A stretch of DNA of 64,000 nt from a virus (Duplodnaviria > Caudoviricetes): the IMG/VR virus record IMGVR_UViG_642973576_000001, positions 4,953 to 68,952 of that record; one strand, 5' to 3'. Positions within the stretch are counted from its first letter, which is position 1. Each line of letters begins with the position of its first letter. Under the pieces are notes generated by a model. It searched no databases. It saw only the letters and a list, made by a program, of their open reading frames with translations, and had not been told where the DNA came from. The position numbers were made by a program, and so were the translations under genes. Positions 29,605-37,982 of the stretch are shown here, one piece after another.

Positions 29605-30103
29605 CAAGGTAAATGAAGTTCTCGGGCAAAATGTCCTGGTCATTGTTTTCGTTGTTGCGGTGGTGTGGTTTATCGTGACCAAGCTCGCCGAAACCAAGGA
29701 CAGTTTCGCTAAGATTCTCGGGCCAATCGGACGACGGATTCTCCACGCTAAGGAAAAGCGCGAAGAGCGCCATCGTGAAGAGGTTCGCCTCGAAGCCAAA
29801 CGCGTACTCAAAGAGGCTGGTACTCTTGAGCCACCGGACTATCAGACCGTCAAGCGGCGATTGAGCAATGTCCTCGAAGAGGTATCCGCGCAAGCGGTTA
29901 CCATTCGCGAGGTTCAGCTCGAAAACCGTGGTCTGAGAACCTACATCATGCAAGACGAAGACTGGCACTGGGAAGACGAACGCAGTGCCATTCGGGAGAA
30001 CCGGACCGTTCGTCACCGTGTGTCGTTCGATGAATTCATGGACGACTTCATGCACCGAAATCTCCAGCGGGAGAGAGGGTTAGGCAATGGGACTCCCATA
30101 TAA
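29588..30103 (+). CDS. single-TM coiled-coil membrane protein (lysis cassette)
   Basis: N-terminal TM segment then charged helix. Confidence 0.7.
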   Translation: MFADLDKVNEVLGQNVLVIVFVVAVVWFIVTKLAETKDSFAKILGPIGRRILHAKEKREERHREEVRLEAKRVLKEAGTLEPPDYQTVKRRLSNVLEEVSAQAVTIREVQLENRGLRTYIMQDEDWHWEDERSAIRENRTVRHRVSFDEFMDDFMHRNLQRERGLGNGTPI

Positions 30104-31328
30104 AAAGGGTTCGAACGGACAGGAAATCCGAGACTGGCAAGACTGGGCGTATCGATACGCGCCGTCTTACGCGGACCTGATCGGCCCCAAAGACGCTTAC
30201 TACGGTCTCGGTGAAGAGGCGTTCACCAAGAGAATGCAGCAGAATCTCCACATTCCGGAGACCGGCATTTTCGATGAGTACACCGCTGGCCTGGTGAACT
30301 TCAAGTCGAAATCCGTTACCGCGCCGACGATCACGTACCGTCCCATTTGGTTCTACTCCAATCCCGGTTCTGGCGCAAACGAATTCGTCGGACCGTCGTT
30401 CGAGGTCGGCGAACTCTGCAAGAACATTCTCAAGATCAACCACCAGCCGGTGCATTCGGCCATCGGCGGATATCTCGGGCTGATGGGCGGCGACCCGAAA
30501 CTGTCCTATGACGATGTGATCTTCGACCAGTACAAGTCAATCGAGTGGCTGCTCGACCACAACCCAGATGTCCAGAGCGCCATCAAGATTCGCGAGCTGG
30601 ACCCGAAAGCCCATGTGCCGGTGGAGCTTTGGTTCTCCGGGTACTCGCAGAAGGCCGACGGCCTCGAAGACGCGCTCATCAAACTGTTCGGAAACGACGG
30701 GAAATACATCCTGATTCGGGACAGAATCAACGGAATCATCCAGTACGGCAATCCATCTAGGCAACCCGGCCCAACAAAGGTCGGGAACAACCCGCCAGGG
30801 TGGGGCATCGCGCGGAAAAAGCGTCCGGAGTGGATCAAGGCGTTGGTGTGGGATATCGTCACGCAGTCACCGGGCGCACCCGACTTCTATGCCTGTGCAG
30901 ACGATGACATTCGCCCGCTTTTCTACGAATGGTTCGTTAAGGCCGAGACCGAACTTCCGTTCGTGATCTATTCCGCGCAGATTATTATTCCAGCGCTTCT
31001 GAATCTCGTCGCACCGTTCCTGAGCCAGCTTGGCGGGTTAGCCAGCCCGCTCGCGACCGGAGTGCTCGCTGGCGCAACGGGATTGCCCACAGGACTGCTT
31101 TCGCAGTTGATCGGAGGCGTGGCGACCGCGAAGACTCCCCCGAACCCGGCGCTGATCGAATTCCTTTCTGTGCGAGGGGTTTTGACGAACCTCCCGGCGC
31201 TGATCGGATTGCTTGGTAAGATCTCCGGCGTGCAGACGCACGGTGAGTACCACCTACCCAAGCCCGAGTTCGGCGGTCGCACGGGTATTCAGGTGGGATA
31301 TGATATCGTGGCAGCATTCCGGAGATAG
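30087..31328 (+). CDS. lysB: lysin B (cutinase-like esterase with N-terminal PG-binding region)
   Basis: GYSQ nucleophile elbow, YGNPSR, GWGIA, DFYA, HGEY motifs. Confidence 0.85.
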   Translation: MGLPYKKGSNGQEIRDWQDWAYRYAPSYADLIGPKDAYYGLGEEAFTKRMQQNLHIPETGIFDEYTAGLVNFKSKSVTAPTITYRPIWFYSNPGSGANEFVGPSFEVGELCKNILKINHQPVHSAIGGYLGLMGGDPKLSYDDVIFDQYKSIEWLLDHNPDVQSAIKIRELDPKAHVPVELWFSGYSQKADGLEDALIKLFGNDGKYILIRDRINGIIQYGNPSRQPGPTKVGNNPPGWGIARKKRPEWIKALVWDIVTQSPGAPDFYACADDDIRPLFYEWFVKAETELPFVIYSAQIIIPALLNLVAPFLSQLGGLASPLATGVLAGATGLPTGLLSQLIGGVATAKTPPNPALIEFLSVRGVLTNLPALIGLLGKISGVQTHGEYHLPKPEFGGRTGIQVGYDIVAAFRR

Positions 31329-31337
31329 GACGGACAG

Positions 31338-31700
31338 ATGGAAAACGGCACAGTTCGCGTTTCGACACAGCTACGCAACCCGCTCGTCGGCATGCAGCAA
31401 GACGAACTTGCGGCGCGTTTTTCGGCGAAGCTGCTCGCCCGTCTGATCGTGCTTGAGCGTGAAAACATCGGCTTGCGAGTGCGATTGGAACTCGCAACTG
31501 GTGAGCCGTGGGATAGTCAAGACTTTCTGGACATGAGCGCAGATCAGATCCACGAAGAGGTCGCGGAGTCGCTTGTGCGCGGCCTCGGGATTTCCAAGAT
31601 GGACGCACTCAAGCGAGTCCGCGAAAACTACGAGTGCGCGAACCCGGCGCTCGCCAAATCTTCTGACGAAGATATCCTGCCCCTGCCACCGCAGGGCTGA
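31338..31700 (+). CDS. hypothetical protein
   Basis: RBS AGGACGGAC; last gene of the late block. Confidence 0.7.
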   Translation: MENGTVRVSTQLRNPLVGMQQDELAARFSAKLLARLIVLERENIGLRVRLELATGEPWDSQDFLDMSADQIHEEVAESLVRGLGISKMDALKRVRENYECANPALAKSSDEDILPLPPQG

Positions 31701-31702
31701 TC

Positions 31703-32595
31703 GCGCATAATGCGCCCGGGATTCGCGCGAAACGCTCGGGTTTCAGGGCTGCGCATAATGCGCGCGATCTCAGGGCTGAGCGTTAAAACCTTAATGTAGA
31801 TGCGCGCGTCTTGTCGGATCTGCGCGCGGAAGAATCGCGCGCGTGCGCGAATTCCACGCGCGCGCATTGTGCGCGCGTCTTTCGCGCGCGTCTTCCACGC
31901 GCGATCGATGCTACGTGCGTGCGCCCATAGACGCACGCGCGTAGCATGGATCGCGCGCGGCTCCACGCTTTCGCGCGGGCGTACATGGACGCACGCGCGC
32001 TGCAATGATCGCGCGCGGCATCCACGTTTCGCGCGGGCGCACATAGACGCACGCACGTAGCGTTGATCGCGCGCGTCTCCATGCTACGTGCGTGCGTGAT
32101 GTACGCACGCACGTAGCGACGAATCGCGCATGCGCGTTGCGCGATGCGTTGCTACGTGCGTGCGTGATGTACGCACGCACGTAGCGACGAATCGCGCGCA
32201 AGGCATCATGCGCACGCGCGTCCAATTCCGCGCACGCGGAAATGGACGCGCGCGAGCGCATCCGTGGGCATGCAGGTGCGCAACACACACCAGCGATACG
32301 GAATGCGCGTAATGCGCATAGCGCGTCATGCGCGAATCTGGGCGCGCGCGTGATCGCGAATCTGGGCGCGTATGCGCAGACGAGGATCGCCTGTATGCGC
32401 ATAGCGCCAGCGCGCGAATCTGGGCGCGTATGCGCAGAATATGCTCGCCCGCATGATGCGGCGGCGCGCGCAGAGTTCTCGCGGGCGTATGGATGTCCGC
32501 GCGCGCGATAATAACCCGCGCGCGATAAAGCGGCAAACTTGGAAAAAGCCTGGTCGGAAGCGGTTTTTGGCGATTTCTCGCATGCACCCGCATGA
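31703..32595. repeat. non-coding region of dense CGCG/GCGC and alternating purine-pyrimidine direct and inverted repeats
   Basis: GCGCATAATGCGC x2; GCTACGTGCGTGCGT-gatgt-ACGCACGCACGTAGC x2 (32083, 32151); GCGAATCTGGGCGCG x3; only low-complexity RARAR ORFs. Confidence 0.9.
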
Positions 32596-32650
32596 GGCAA
32601 AAAATTTTTTTTCGCTTCTACCAGCACTTTTGGAACGAATTTTCCCGATT

Positions 32651-32683
32651 TTGCCAAAGTTTGCTGGAGAGTGTGATTATACT
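32651..32683 (+). promoter_or_regulatory. putative promoter for the early region
   Basis: -10 TATACT at 32678-32683 after an AT-rich tract; -35 spacing imperfect (TTGCCA lies 21 nt upstream). Confidence 0.5.
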
Positions 32684-32750
32684 TGGGGCAGCGGCGAGGA
32701 ACGGACAGGCCAAGTCGGACCCCCGGGAGCCGCGCAGCAGGACCCGCAGG

Positions 32751-32822
32751 ACACACGGACACACACACACACACACTCGGAGGCACACACAAGCACACAC
32801 AACGCAACGCATCACACACCAC
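32751..32822 (+). repeat. (CA)n-rich tract
   Basis: ACACACGGACACACACACACACACAC...GCACACACAAGCACACAC read directly. Confidence 0.9.
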
Positions 32823-33156
32823 GTATCAGCGTCACAGGTGGGTAGCATGGGCTAGCCCACAGAACGCAGAAACGTCGCACCAAGTGAATCACGCTAAATC
32901 CCCGTAGGGGATTTTGAGGCCAGACGACTGTCCTCGTCGGAGTGCTCACGCAACGAACAGAAACGTTGCTTGCAACGGCTCCCGCAAAAGGTCGGCATAA
33001 CTACACAGAGGTTGGTGTTAGCTCGGAATTCCCTAGCGTGGGGAGTCGAGTCAGAGCCAGGGCAGATATCCATAGGATATCTCTGTCAAAAATAGGTCAA
33101 TGGTCCGTCCGACACACAGACTTTGGGACATAGCGATAGCTATGTCCGCAGTATCA

Positions 33157-33211
33157 GGATGGCGCTACGATGGCGTAGCGTGATCGGGTATCGATTCCCG
33201 GCCATCCACGA
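33157..33211 (+). ncRNA. tRNA-like element 1 (variant with extra hairpin)
   Basis: GGATGG/CCATCC outer stem, CGCTACG-ATGG-CGTAGCG arm, CGGG-TATCGATT-CCCG T-like arm, ACGA end. Confidence 0.65.
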
Positions 33212-33255
33212 GAACCGACAAAAGCTCGGTTCCTGGCTAGAAACGGACAAAAATC

Positions 33256-33888
33256 ATGAACGGACGCATCACCTACAAGCAAGAGCGCTACATCCGCCAC
33301 CTCGTTGAGGTCAAGGCGTGGAAATTCGACGCTCCGCAGTTCGTGGAGGCCGTGCAAAAGCACGTCGATACCGAATTCGCGAACTTGACCGGAGGTCGCG
33401 AGGGAACCGGATCCAAGCTGATCGCATACTTGATCAAGCTGCCGAACACGGCTGATCTGATCAAGGATCAGCACTGGACCAAAACCGTCGATCCGCAGTC
33501 GCCGTCCAAGGCGATTCGGACGCCGAAGGTCGCTGATGGTTGGGTCAAGGGACGGCCAACGGTCGGCGCGCGTCCCAAAGCGCCGACCGCACGTCCGGGA
33601 CTCTACGTCTCGAACGGTGAAGTGTTCAAAGTGACGGAATCCAAGCGCAATCCCGGACAGTACGTCGCCAAGCTCATCGGAACGATGGATCGTGGACACC
33701 GTAAGGCCGTCTACGTCAAGGGTATGGTCTTCAAGCTCACCGAAGATCAGCGGATGACTCCGGCGCAAGCGAAAGCCTACGGTGACAAATTCGGGCAGTG
33801 CGTCAATTGCGGGAAAGCGCTGAATGATCCGGCCAGCGTCAAGCTGGGAATGGGCCCGGTTTGCCACAAGCGCTTGACCGCAGCGTGA
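33256..33888 (+). CDS. hypothetical protein with C-terminal DUF6011-like Zn motif
   Basis: CVNCGKALNDPASVKLGMGPVC. Confidence 0.8.
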   Translation: MNGRITYKQERYIRHLVEVKAWKFDAPQFVEAVQKHVDTEFANLTGGREGTGSKLIAYLIKLPNTADLIKDQHWTKTVDPQSPSKAIRTPKVADGWVKGRPTVGARPKAPTARPGLYVSNGEVFKVTESKRNPGQYVAKLIGTMDRGHRKAVYVKGMVFKLTEDQRMTPAQAKAYGDKFGQCVNCGKALNDPASVKLGMGPVCHKRLTAA

Positions 33889-33900
33889 TCGATGCGCTAG

Positions 33901-33918
33901 CCTTGGGCTAGCCCAAGG
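33901..33918. promoter_or_regulatory. perfect 18-bp palindrome CCTTGGGCTAGCCCAAGG (GGCTAGCC operator family)
   Basis: Related copies at 32848, 35636, 38482, 40631, 41897, 47975, 55767, 60103, 27579. Confidence 0.65.
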
Positions 33919-33923
33919 GGGTA

Positions 33924-33967
33924 GGGTGACTGGCAGACATCCGGGTTCGAGTCCCGGACACCCACGA
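33924..33967 (+). ncRNA. tRNA-like element 2
   Basis: GGGTG-ACTGGCAGACA-TCCGGG-TTCGAGT-CCCGGA-CACCC-ACGA. Confidence 0.8.
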
Positions 33968-34008
33968 GAATCAGCACAAGACTGATTCCAGACAGAACGG
34001 ACAAAATC

Positions 34009-34368
34009 ATGGCCTCTAAGATCCAGAACGTTTTCGATCCGATGAATGTCGAATACTTGGAAGAAGCAGAACAAGAGCTGAATCGTCTGTTCCGGGGAAC
34101 CGGTCTTCGGCTCTATGGCACGGTCACGTGGGTGAACCGGGACGGAACGTCCCGCGCGGTCAAGCTGATGACCGTGGACAACGGTTTGGGCGAACTTCGG
34201 ATTCGTGAAGTGTCCTACGCGATCGCTCGCGTTCTCGGCTGCAAGATCGGTCACGGCGGCGTGATCGTGTACGGTTCGGGAATGTCCCCTCTGGACCAGA
34301 TCAAGCAACACTTGAATTACAAGTGCGGCTTTCACGTCGAAATCGAATCGATGTCCGAATCCATCTAG
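34009..34368 (+). CDS. hypothetical protein
   Basis: ORF starts right after the AGAACGGAC motif. Confidence 0.8.
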   Translation: MASKIQNVFDPMNVEYLEEAEQELNRLFRGTGLRLYGTVTWVNRDGTSRAVKLMTVDNGLGELRIREVSYAIARVLGCKIGHGGVIVYGSGMSPLDQIKQHLNYKCGFHVEIESMSESI

Positions 34369-34377
34369 ATTCGGGTA

Positions 34378-34421
34378 GGGTGACTGGCAGACATCCGGGT
34401 TCAAGTCCCGGACACCCACGA
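34378..34421 (+). ncRNA. tRNA-like element 3
   Basis: GGGTG-ACTGGCAGACA-TCCGGG-TTCAAGT-CCCGGA-CACCC-ACGA. Confidence 0.8.
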
Positions 34422-34464
34422 CGACAGACAGAAGATCTGTCGCAAAGTAGAAACGGACACAACC

Positions 34465-34851
34465 ATGAACGTTTTTCTTCCGACCGATGTCACCAAAATC
34501 TCCGTGGAGATCAAGCCGACCGGTCGCCGTCATAAGTTGGACATCTTCATGACGTTGAACGACAAGCGGTTTATGATCGCGTTCACAGGACCGGCGCGTC
34601 ACCCGGTCAACGGGCGAATCACCGGATTCCGACTGATCACGCTGGAGTCGGTTCTGACGGACCATATCAAAGATCCGATTGTGCGAGCGCACTTTCGGGC
34701 GCTGATCTCGACATTCGAGTATCTTTCCACCGAAGTGTGCGAGAATCAGTCCGGACTCACCCGCAAGGAAGTCGAACAGCGTGCGAACCTGATCGCCGGT
34801 ATCGTCATGGCGAGCACGGTGTTCGGCGAGCCGCTGGCGGGGGTTCTGTGA
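34465..34851 (+). CDS. hypothetical protein
   Basis: Start follows AGAAACGGAC. Confidence 0.75.
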   Translation: MNVFLPTDVTKISVEIKPTGRRHKLDIFMTLNDKRFMIAFTGPARHPVNGRITGFRLITLESVLTDHIKDPIVRAHFRALISTFEYLSTEVCENQSGLTRKEVEQRANLIAGIVMASTVFGEPLAGVL

Positions 34852-34853
34852 TC

Positions 34854-35126
34854 ATGGGATACTCGTCCGGACGATATGAGGTCCAGATCAGCTACGGATT
34901 CGCGCATCGCGGAGGAATCCGAATCAACGATTCGGACCCGTGGAAAAACGTGGCAGAATCCACGATGAACCGATATGTCCGGGATGTGCGAGCCTACGCG
35001 TCCGGACATGCCGATCACATCAACGATGTGACTAACGGCAGCACCGGTGAGCGACTGATCACCGCTTACCATTGGGTGAACGGGTTTGAGAACGTCCGAC
35101 AGTTGCGGATACGCAAGCTCTTCTAG
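34854..35126 (+). CDS. hypothetical protein
   Basis: ATG 2 nt after the previous stop; ends just before element 4. Confidence 0.65.
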   Translation: MGYSSGRYEVQISYGFAHRGGIRINDSDPWKNVAESTMNRYVRDVRAYASGHADHINDVTNGSTGERLITAYHWVNGFENVRQLRIRKLF

Positions 35127-35134
35127 ATCAGATC

Positions 35135-35179
35135 GGGCAGATGGTCGTAGGCAGGGTTCGACTCCCTGCCTGCCCACGA
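35135..35179 (+). ncRNA. tRNA-like element 4
   Basis: GGGCA-GATGGTCGTA-GGCAGGG-TTCGACT-CCCTGCC-TGCCC-ACGA. Confidence 0.8.
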
Positions 35180-35220
35180 GAATCGTCAAAAGAACGATTC
35201 CAGACAGAACGGACGGAAAA

Positions 35221-35616
35221 ATGGCAATGACGGCTCGCGACTTCGAGGCGATTGCGAAAATCCTGAAAAATGCTCAAGATGGCACACAGGATGTCGCCTA
35301 CATCGTGGCAGAAATCGCCAATCACGCGGAGTCTACCAACGATCGGTTTGACCGCGATCGCTTCTATCGGTCGTGCGGACTCACTCCGGAGGAACCGCAG
35401 GAACCTCCCGTGCTACGACGGGTCAAGCCTGCCGGAGAGCGCACAGAAGACAAGTACGTTTCTCCCATGCAGGCGCTTCAAGAGGTCGCGTTCTACTTGG
35501 ATGGACAAGGCGTACGGTACGAGATCACGTCTCGCGAGTATGTCGAGGACAACGAACGCGTCGTGACCATTCATGACACGGATATGAGAATCGAATATTT
35601 CTTCGATTCCGAGTAG
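35221..35616 (+). CDS. hypothetical protein
   Basis: MTARDFEAIA...NDRFDRDRFY..C pattern; start follows AGAACGGACGGA. Confidence 0.8.
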   Translation: MAMTARDFEAIAKILKNAQDGTQDVAYIVAEIANHAESTNDRFDRDRFYRSCGLTPEEPQEPPVLRRVKPAGERTEDKYVSPMQALQEVAFYLDGQGVRYEITSREYVEDNERVVTIHDTDMRIEYFFDSE

Positions 35617-35700
35617 GACTTGACTCCGGCGCAACGCTTGGGCTAGCCTAAGCACATCGAGCGGTTCACCCGGGACCGCCAGAGCCCGAAAGGGGAGATC

Positions 35701-35886
35701 ATGAAAGATCCGGAATTCACCCAAAAGCAGGTCGGCGATTTTGTCCAGCATCGCATGGACGACAACTTTGGTCGTGTGACCGAAGTGTCCCCTGGCGGCT
35801 GGCGAATCAGCGTTCGTTGGGACCACAACGACGAGGTTTGGACGCATCCGAATTCGGACCTCATTCTGATTAAGCGCGCTAGCTGA
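35701..35886 (+). CDS. small SH3-like hypothetical protein
   Basis: RBS GAAAGGGGAG; VGDFV.H....GRV.EV....VRWD. Confidence 0.7.
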   Translation: MKDPEFTQKQVGDFVQHRMDDNFGRVTEVSPGGWRISVRWDHNDEVWTHPNSDLILIKRAS

Positions 35887-35893
35887 TCAGATC

Positions 35894-35938
35894 GGGCAGA
35901 TGGTCGAAGGTGGGGTTCGACTCCCCACCTGCCCACGA
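35894..35938 (+). ncRNA. tRNA-like element 5
   Basis: GGGCA-GATGGTCGAA-GGTGGGG-TTCGACT-CCCCACC-TGCCC-ACGA; compensatory changes relative to element 4. Confidence 0.8.
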
Positions 35939-35979
35939 GAATCGTCAAAAGAACGATTCCAGATAGAATGGACGGAAAA

Positions 35980-36315
35980 ATGGACACTGCTCAAGAGGCA
36001 CTGTTCCGCGCGATGCTCCAGGACGGATGGTTAACCGATTCGACCGGCGACGCTGAAGCGCCAACGGGATACTTCGGCTACGTGTCGAACACAATTCACG
36101 AACTCGCGGAGATCCGCGAGGCGTTCGAGGACGTGATCAATTCCTACGGTGATCCGGAGGATTCCGAGATCGAAGGTCACTACGTGATCACGTTGACCTC
36201 TTCAGGAATCATTCACATCCACAAGCACAACACGTCTCGTGGAGCGTACGAGACGTACAAGACGCTGGAATCCGAGTACAACCAATGGACCAGCGCAACA
36301 GGGTCGGAGGTCTGA
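35980..36315 (+). CDS. hypothetical protein
   Basis: Start chosen by analogy with the element-4 leader. Confidence 0.75.
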   Translation: MDTAQEALFRAMLQDGWLTDSTGDAEAPTGYFGYVSNTIHELAEIREAFEDVINSYGDPEDSEIEGHYVITLTSSGIIHIHKHNTSRGAYETYKTLESEYNQWTSATGSEV

Positions 36316-36317
36316 GC

Positions 36318-36674
36318 ATGAGCGTCACAGTCGTCACAGGGCACCGCTGGTACGATCTGTACTCCTACAGCGAATTGCCCGCCAAGGCGCGTGAAGAGTT
36401 CGCGTCGGAGTACGAAATGGTCACCAACGGGGAGGACATGGATCAGCCGATGTACTTCAAGTACCGGCGCACGTGGTTCTCTCTGGAACAATTCGCCCGC
36501 ATTTCCACGAACGCCATCGGGTTCGAACACTCCGTTTCGGAGGACTCGCCCCTGGCGAATTGGTCCGGAATCTGCCATGGAACCTACGATTCCGGATGGG
36601 TGGTACGCTTGCCGCAGTCGCCGGAGGAATTCGACGACCACGACGGACAAGTGCAGGTCGGTCGGTTTTACTGA
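36318..36674 (+). CDS. hypothetical protein
   Basis: RBS GGAGG; aromatic-rich small phage protein. Confidence 0.75.
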   Translation: MSVTVVTGHRWYDLYSYSELPAKAREEFASEYEMVTNGEDMDQPMYFKYRRTWFSLEQFARISTNAIGFEHSVSEDSPLANWSGICHGTYDSGWVVRLPQSPEEFDDHDGQVQVGRFY

Positions 36675-36681
36675 TCGGGTG

Positions 36682-36725
36682 GCGCGACTGGCAGACATCC
36701 GGGTTCAAGTCCCGGACGCGCACGA
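36682..36725 (+). ncRNA. tRNA-like element 6
   Basis: GCGCG-ACTGGCAGACA-TCCGGG-TTCAAGT-CCCGGA-CGCGC-ACGA; outer stem covaries with elements 2/3. Confidence 0.8.
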
Positions 36726-36770
36726 CGAACCGTCAAAAGAACGGTTCGCACGAAAGAACGGAAACGGACA

Positions 36771-37157
36771 ATGGCAGCTTTCGAAGATCCGGAACTGTAC
36801 GGTGACGACCGAATCGTCATGGGCTCCGGAACGGACCAGCTCGTGATCACGATCAGCGATGGCGGGTTCTACGTCGTGGACAACGACACGGGCGAGTCGC
36901 GCAATTACTACAGCGTGCATTTCCTGAACGATTCGTTCGAGACGAGCGTTCACGATGTCATGGGTCCGGAGGACGAAGACCCGAACCTTCCGGAGGCACG
37001 CGTGAACGTGATCGCCATGATGGCGAACTGGGACTACATGGACGTGTCCGTAGATCCCATCGTGCCGAAGTACGATTTCGGGCCGGAGGTCGCGAATTGG
37101 TGCATGCGGAACGAGGACGAACTCAAGCACGTTTGGAATTCGCTCGTTCCGGCGTGA
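36771..37157 (+). CDS. acidic hypothetical protein
   Basis: Start follows GGAAACGGAC. Confidence 0.75.
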   Translation: MAAFEDPELYGDDRIVMGSGTDQLVITISDGGFYVVDNDTGESRNYYSVHFLNDSFETSVHDVMGPEDEDPNLPEARVNVIAMMANWDYMDVSVDPIVPKYDFGPEVANWCMRNEDELKHVWNSLVPA

Positions 37158-37209
37158 ATGTCACCGCGCCAGGGTAGGCTCTCACTACCGGCAAGCCGTT
37201 AACACGGCA

Positions 37210-37253
37210 CCGTGGATGGTCGAAATCCGGGTTCGACTCCCGGACACGGGCGA
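37210..37253 (+). ncRNA. tRNA-like element 7
   Basis: CCGTG-GATGGTCGAAA-TCCGGG-TTCGACT-CCCGGA-CACGG-GCGA. Confidence 0.78.
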
Positions 37254-37294
37254 CGGTTCTCGCCGAGAACCGCATGAAGTAAGGAAACGGACAC

Positions 37295-37621
37295 ATGGCG
37301 CAGAACACCAACGAACTGGTCTCGCTCACGAGCGAGTGGGTCGGGGACTCCTACCTGCGAGTTCGCACCCGGCGCGTGGGACGCTCCGGCACGCTCATGG
37401 TGGACGTGGCCGAGTACGCCGCGCGACCCTCGAAGAAGCGCGCGCTGGACATCGCCCGCAAGGCAGCGCGCCAGTCCAGCGCGGCCCCGCTGCGGGGCGC
37501 GACCGGCAGCGTGATCTTTGAGCACGAGACCGTCAAGGCGACGAACAAGCTGGACCCGGAGGGCAATGTTACGCCGATCCGGACTCGCGTCCGGAACACC
37601 ACGTTCGCATTCGGAATTTGA
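37295..37621 (+). CDS. hypothetical protein
   Basis: Start follows AAGGAAACGGAC; strong codon bias. Confidence 0.75.
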   Translation: MAQNTNELVSLTSEWVGDSYLRVRTRRVGRSGTLMVDVAEYAARPSKKRALDIARKAARQSSAAPLRGATGSVIFEHETVKATNKLDPEGNVTPIRTRVRNTTFAFGI

Positions 37622-37658
37622 TCAGAACCAACCAAAACCAACCAGAAAAGAGAACGAA

Positions 37659-37982
37659 ATGTTCCAGATCTCAGTCAAAGGCGAAACGCTCGGAAACGGG
37701 TCAACCGTGTGGGTGACTTCCGAAGGATTCGGGGAGAATCCCGGCGTGAATCGGTCGGTTTTCCTGAAGAGCGACGATCCGCTGATCACTGTTCTTCGGG
37801 AGATTGCCAACGCGGTTGTCGCTCGCGACGACCTCGCCGCCGAGAATCGCTCGAAAGACGCCGAAATCAGCGCCTACACCGCGAAGATATCCGATCTTCG
37901 TGCCGAACTCCGCAAGTTGCAGAGCGAGACGGGGAAGATCTCCGATCTTCGTGACGAACTCAACAGGTTGAAAGGAAAGTGA
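37659..37982 (+). CDS. hypothetical protein with C-terminal coiled-coil
   Basis: A-rich leader; KISDLR repeat x2. Confidence 0.7.
   Translation: MFQISVKGETLGNGSTVWVTSEGFGENPGVNRSVFLKSDDPLITVLREIANAVVARDDLAAENRSKDAEISAYTAKISDLRAELRKLQSETGKISDLRDELNRLKGK

Noticed and set aside
31628-32907. Arg/Ala-rich ORFs on both strands (e.g. 31911..32822 minus)
   Set aside because: Products of CG/CA repeats that lack stop codons; no RBS or codon bias.
33154-34692. 512-aa minus-strand ORF spanning several early genes
   Set aside because: Runs antisense through well-supported + genes and RNA elements; composition is shadow-like.
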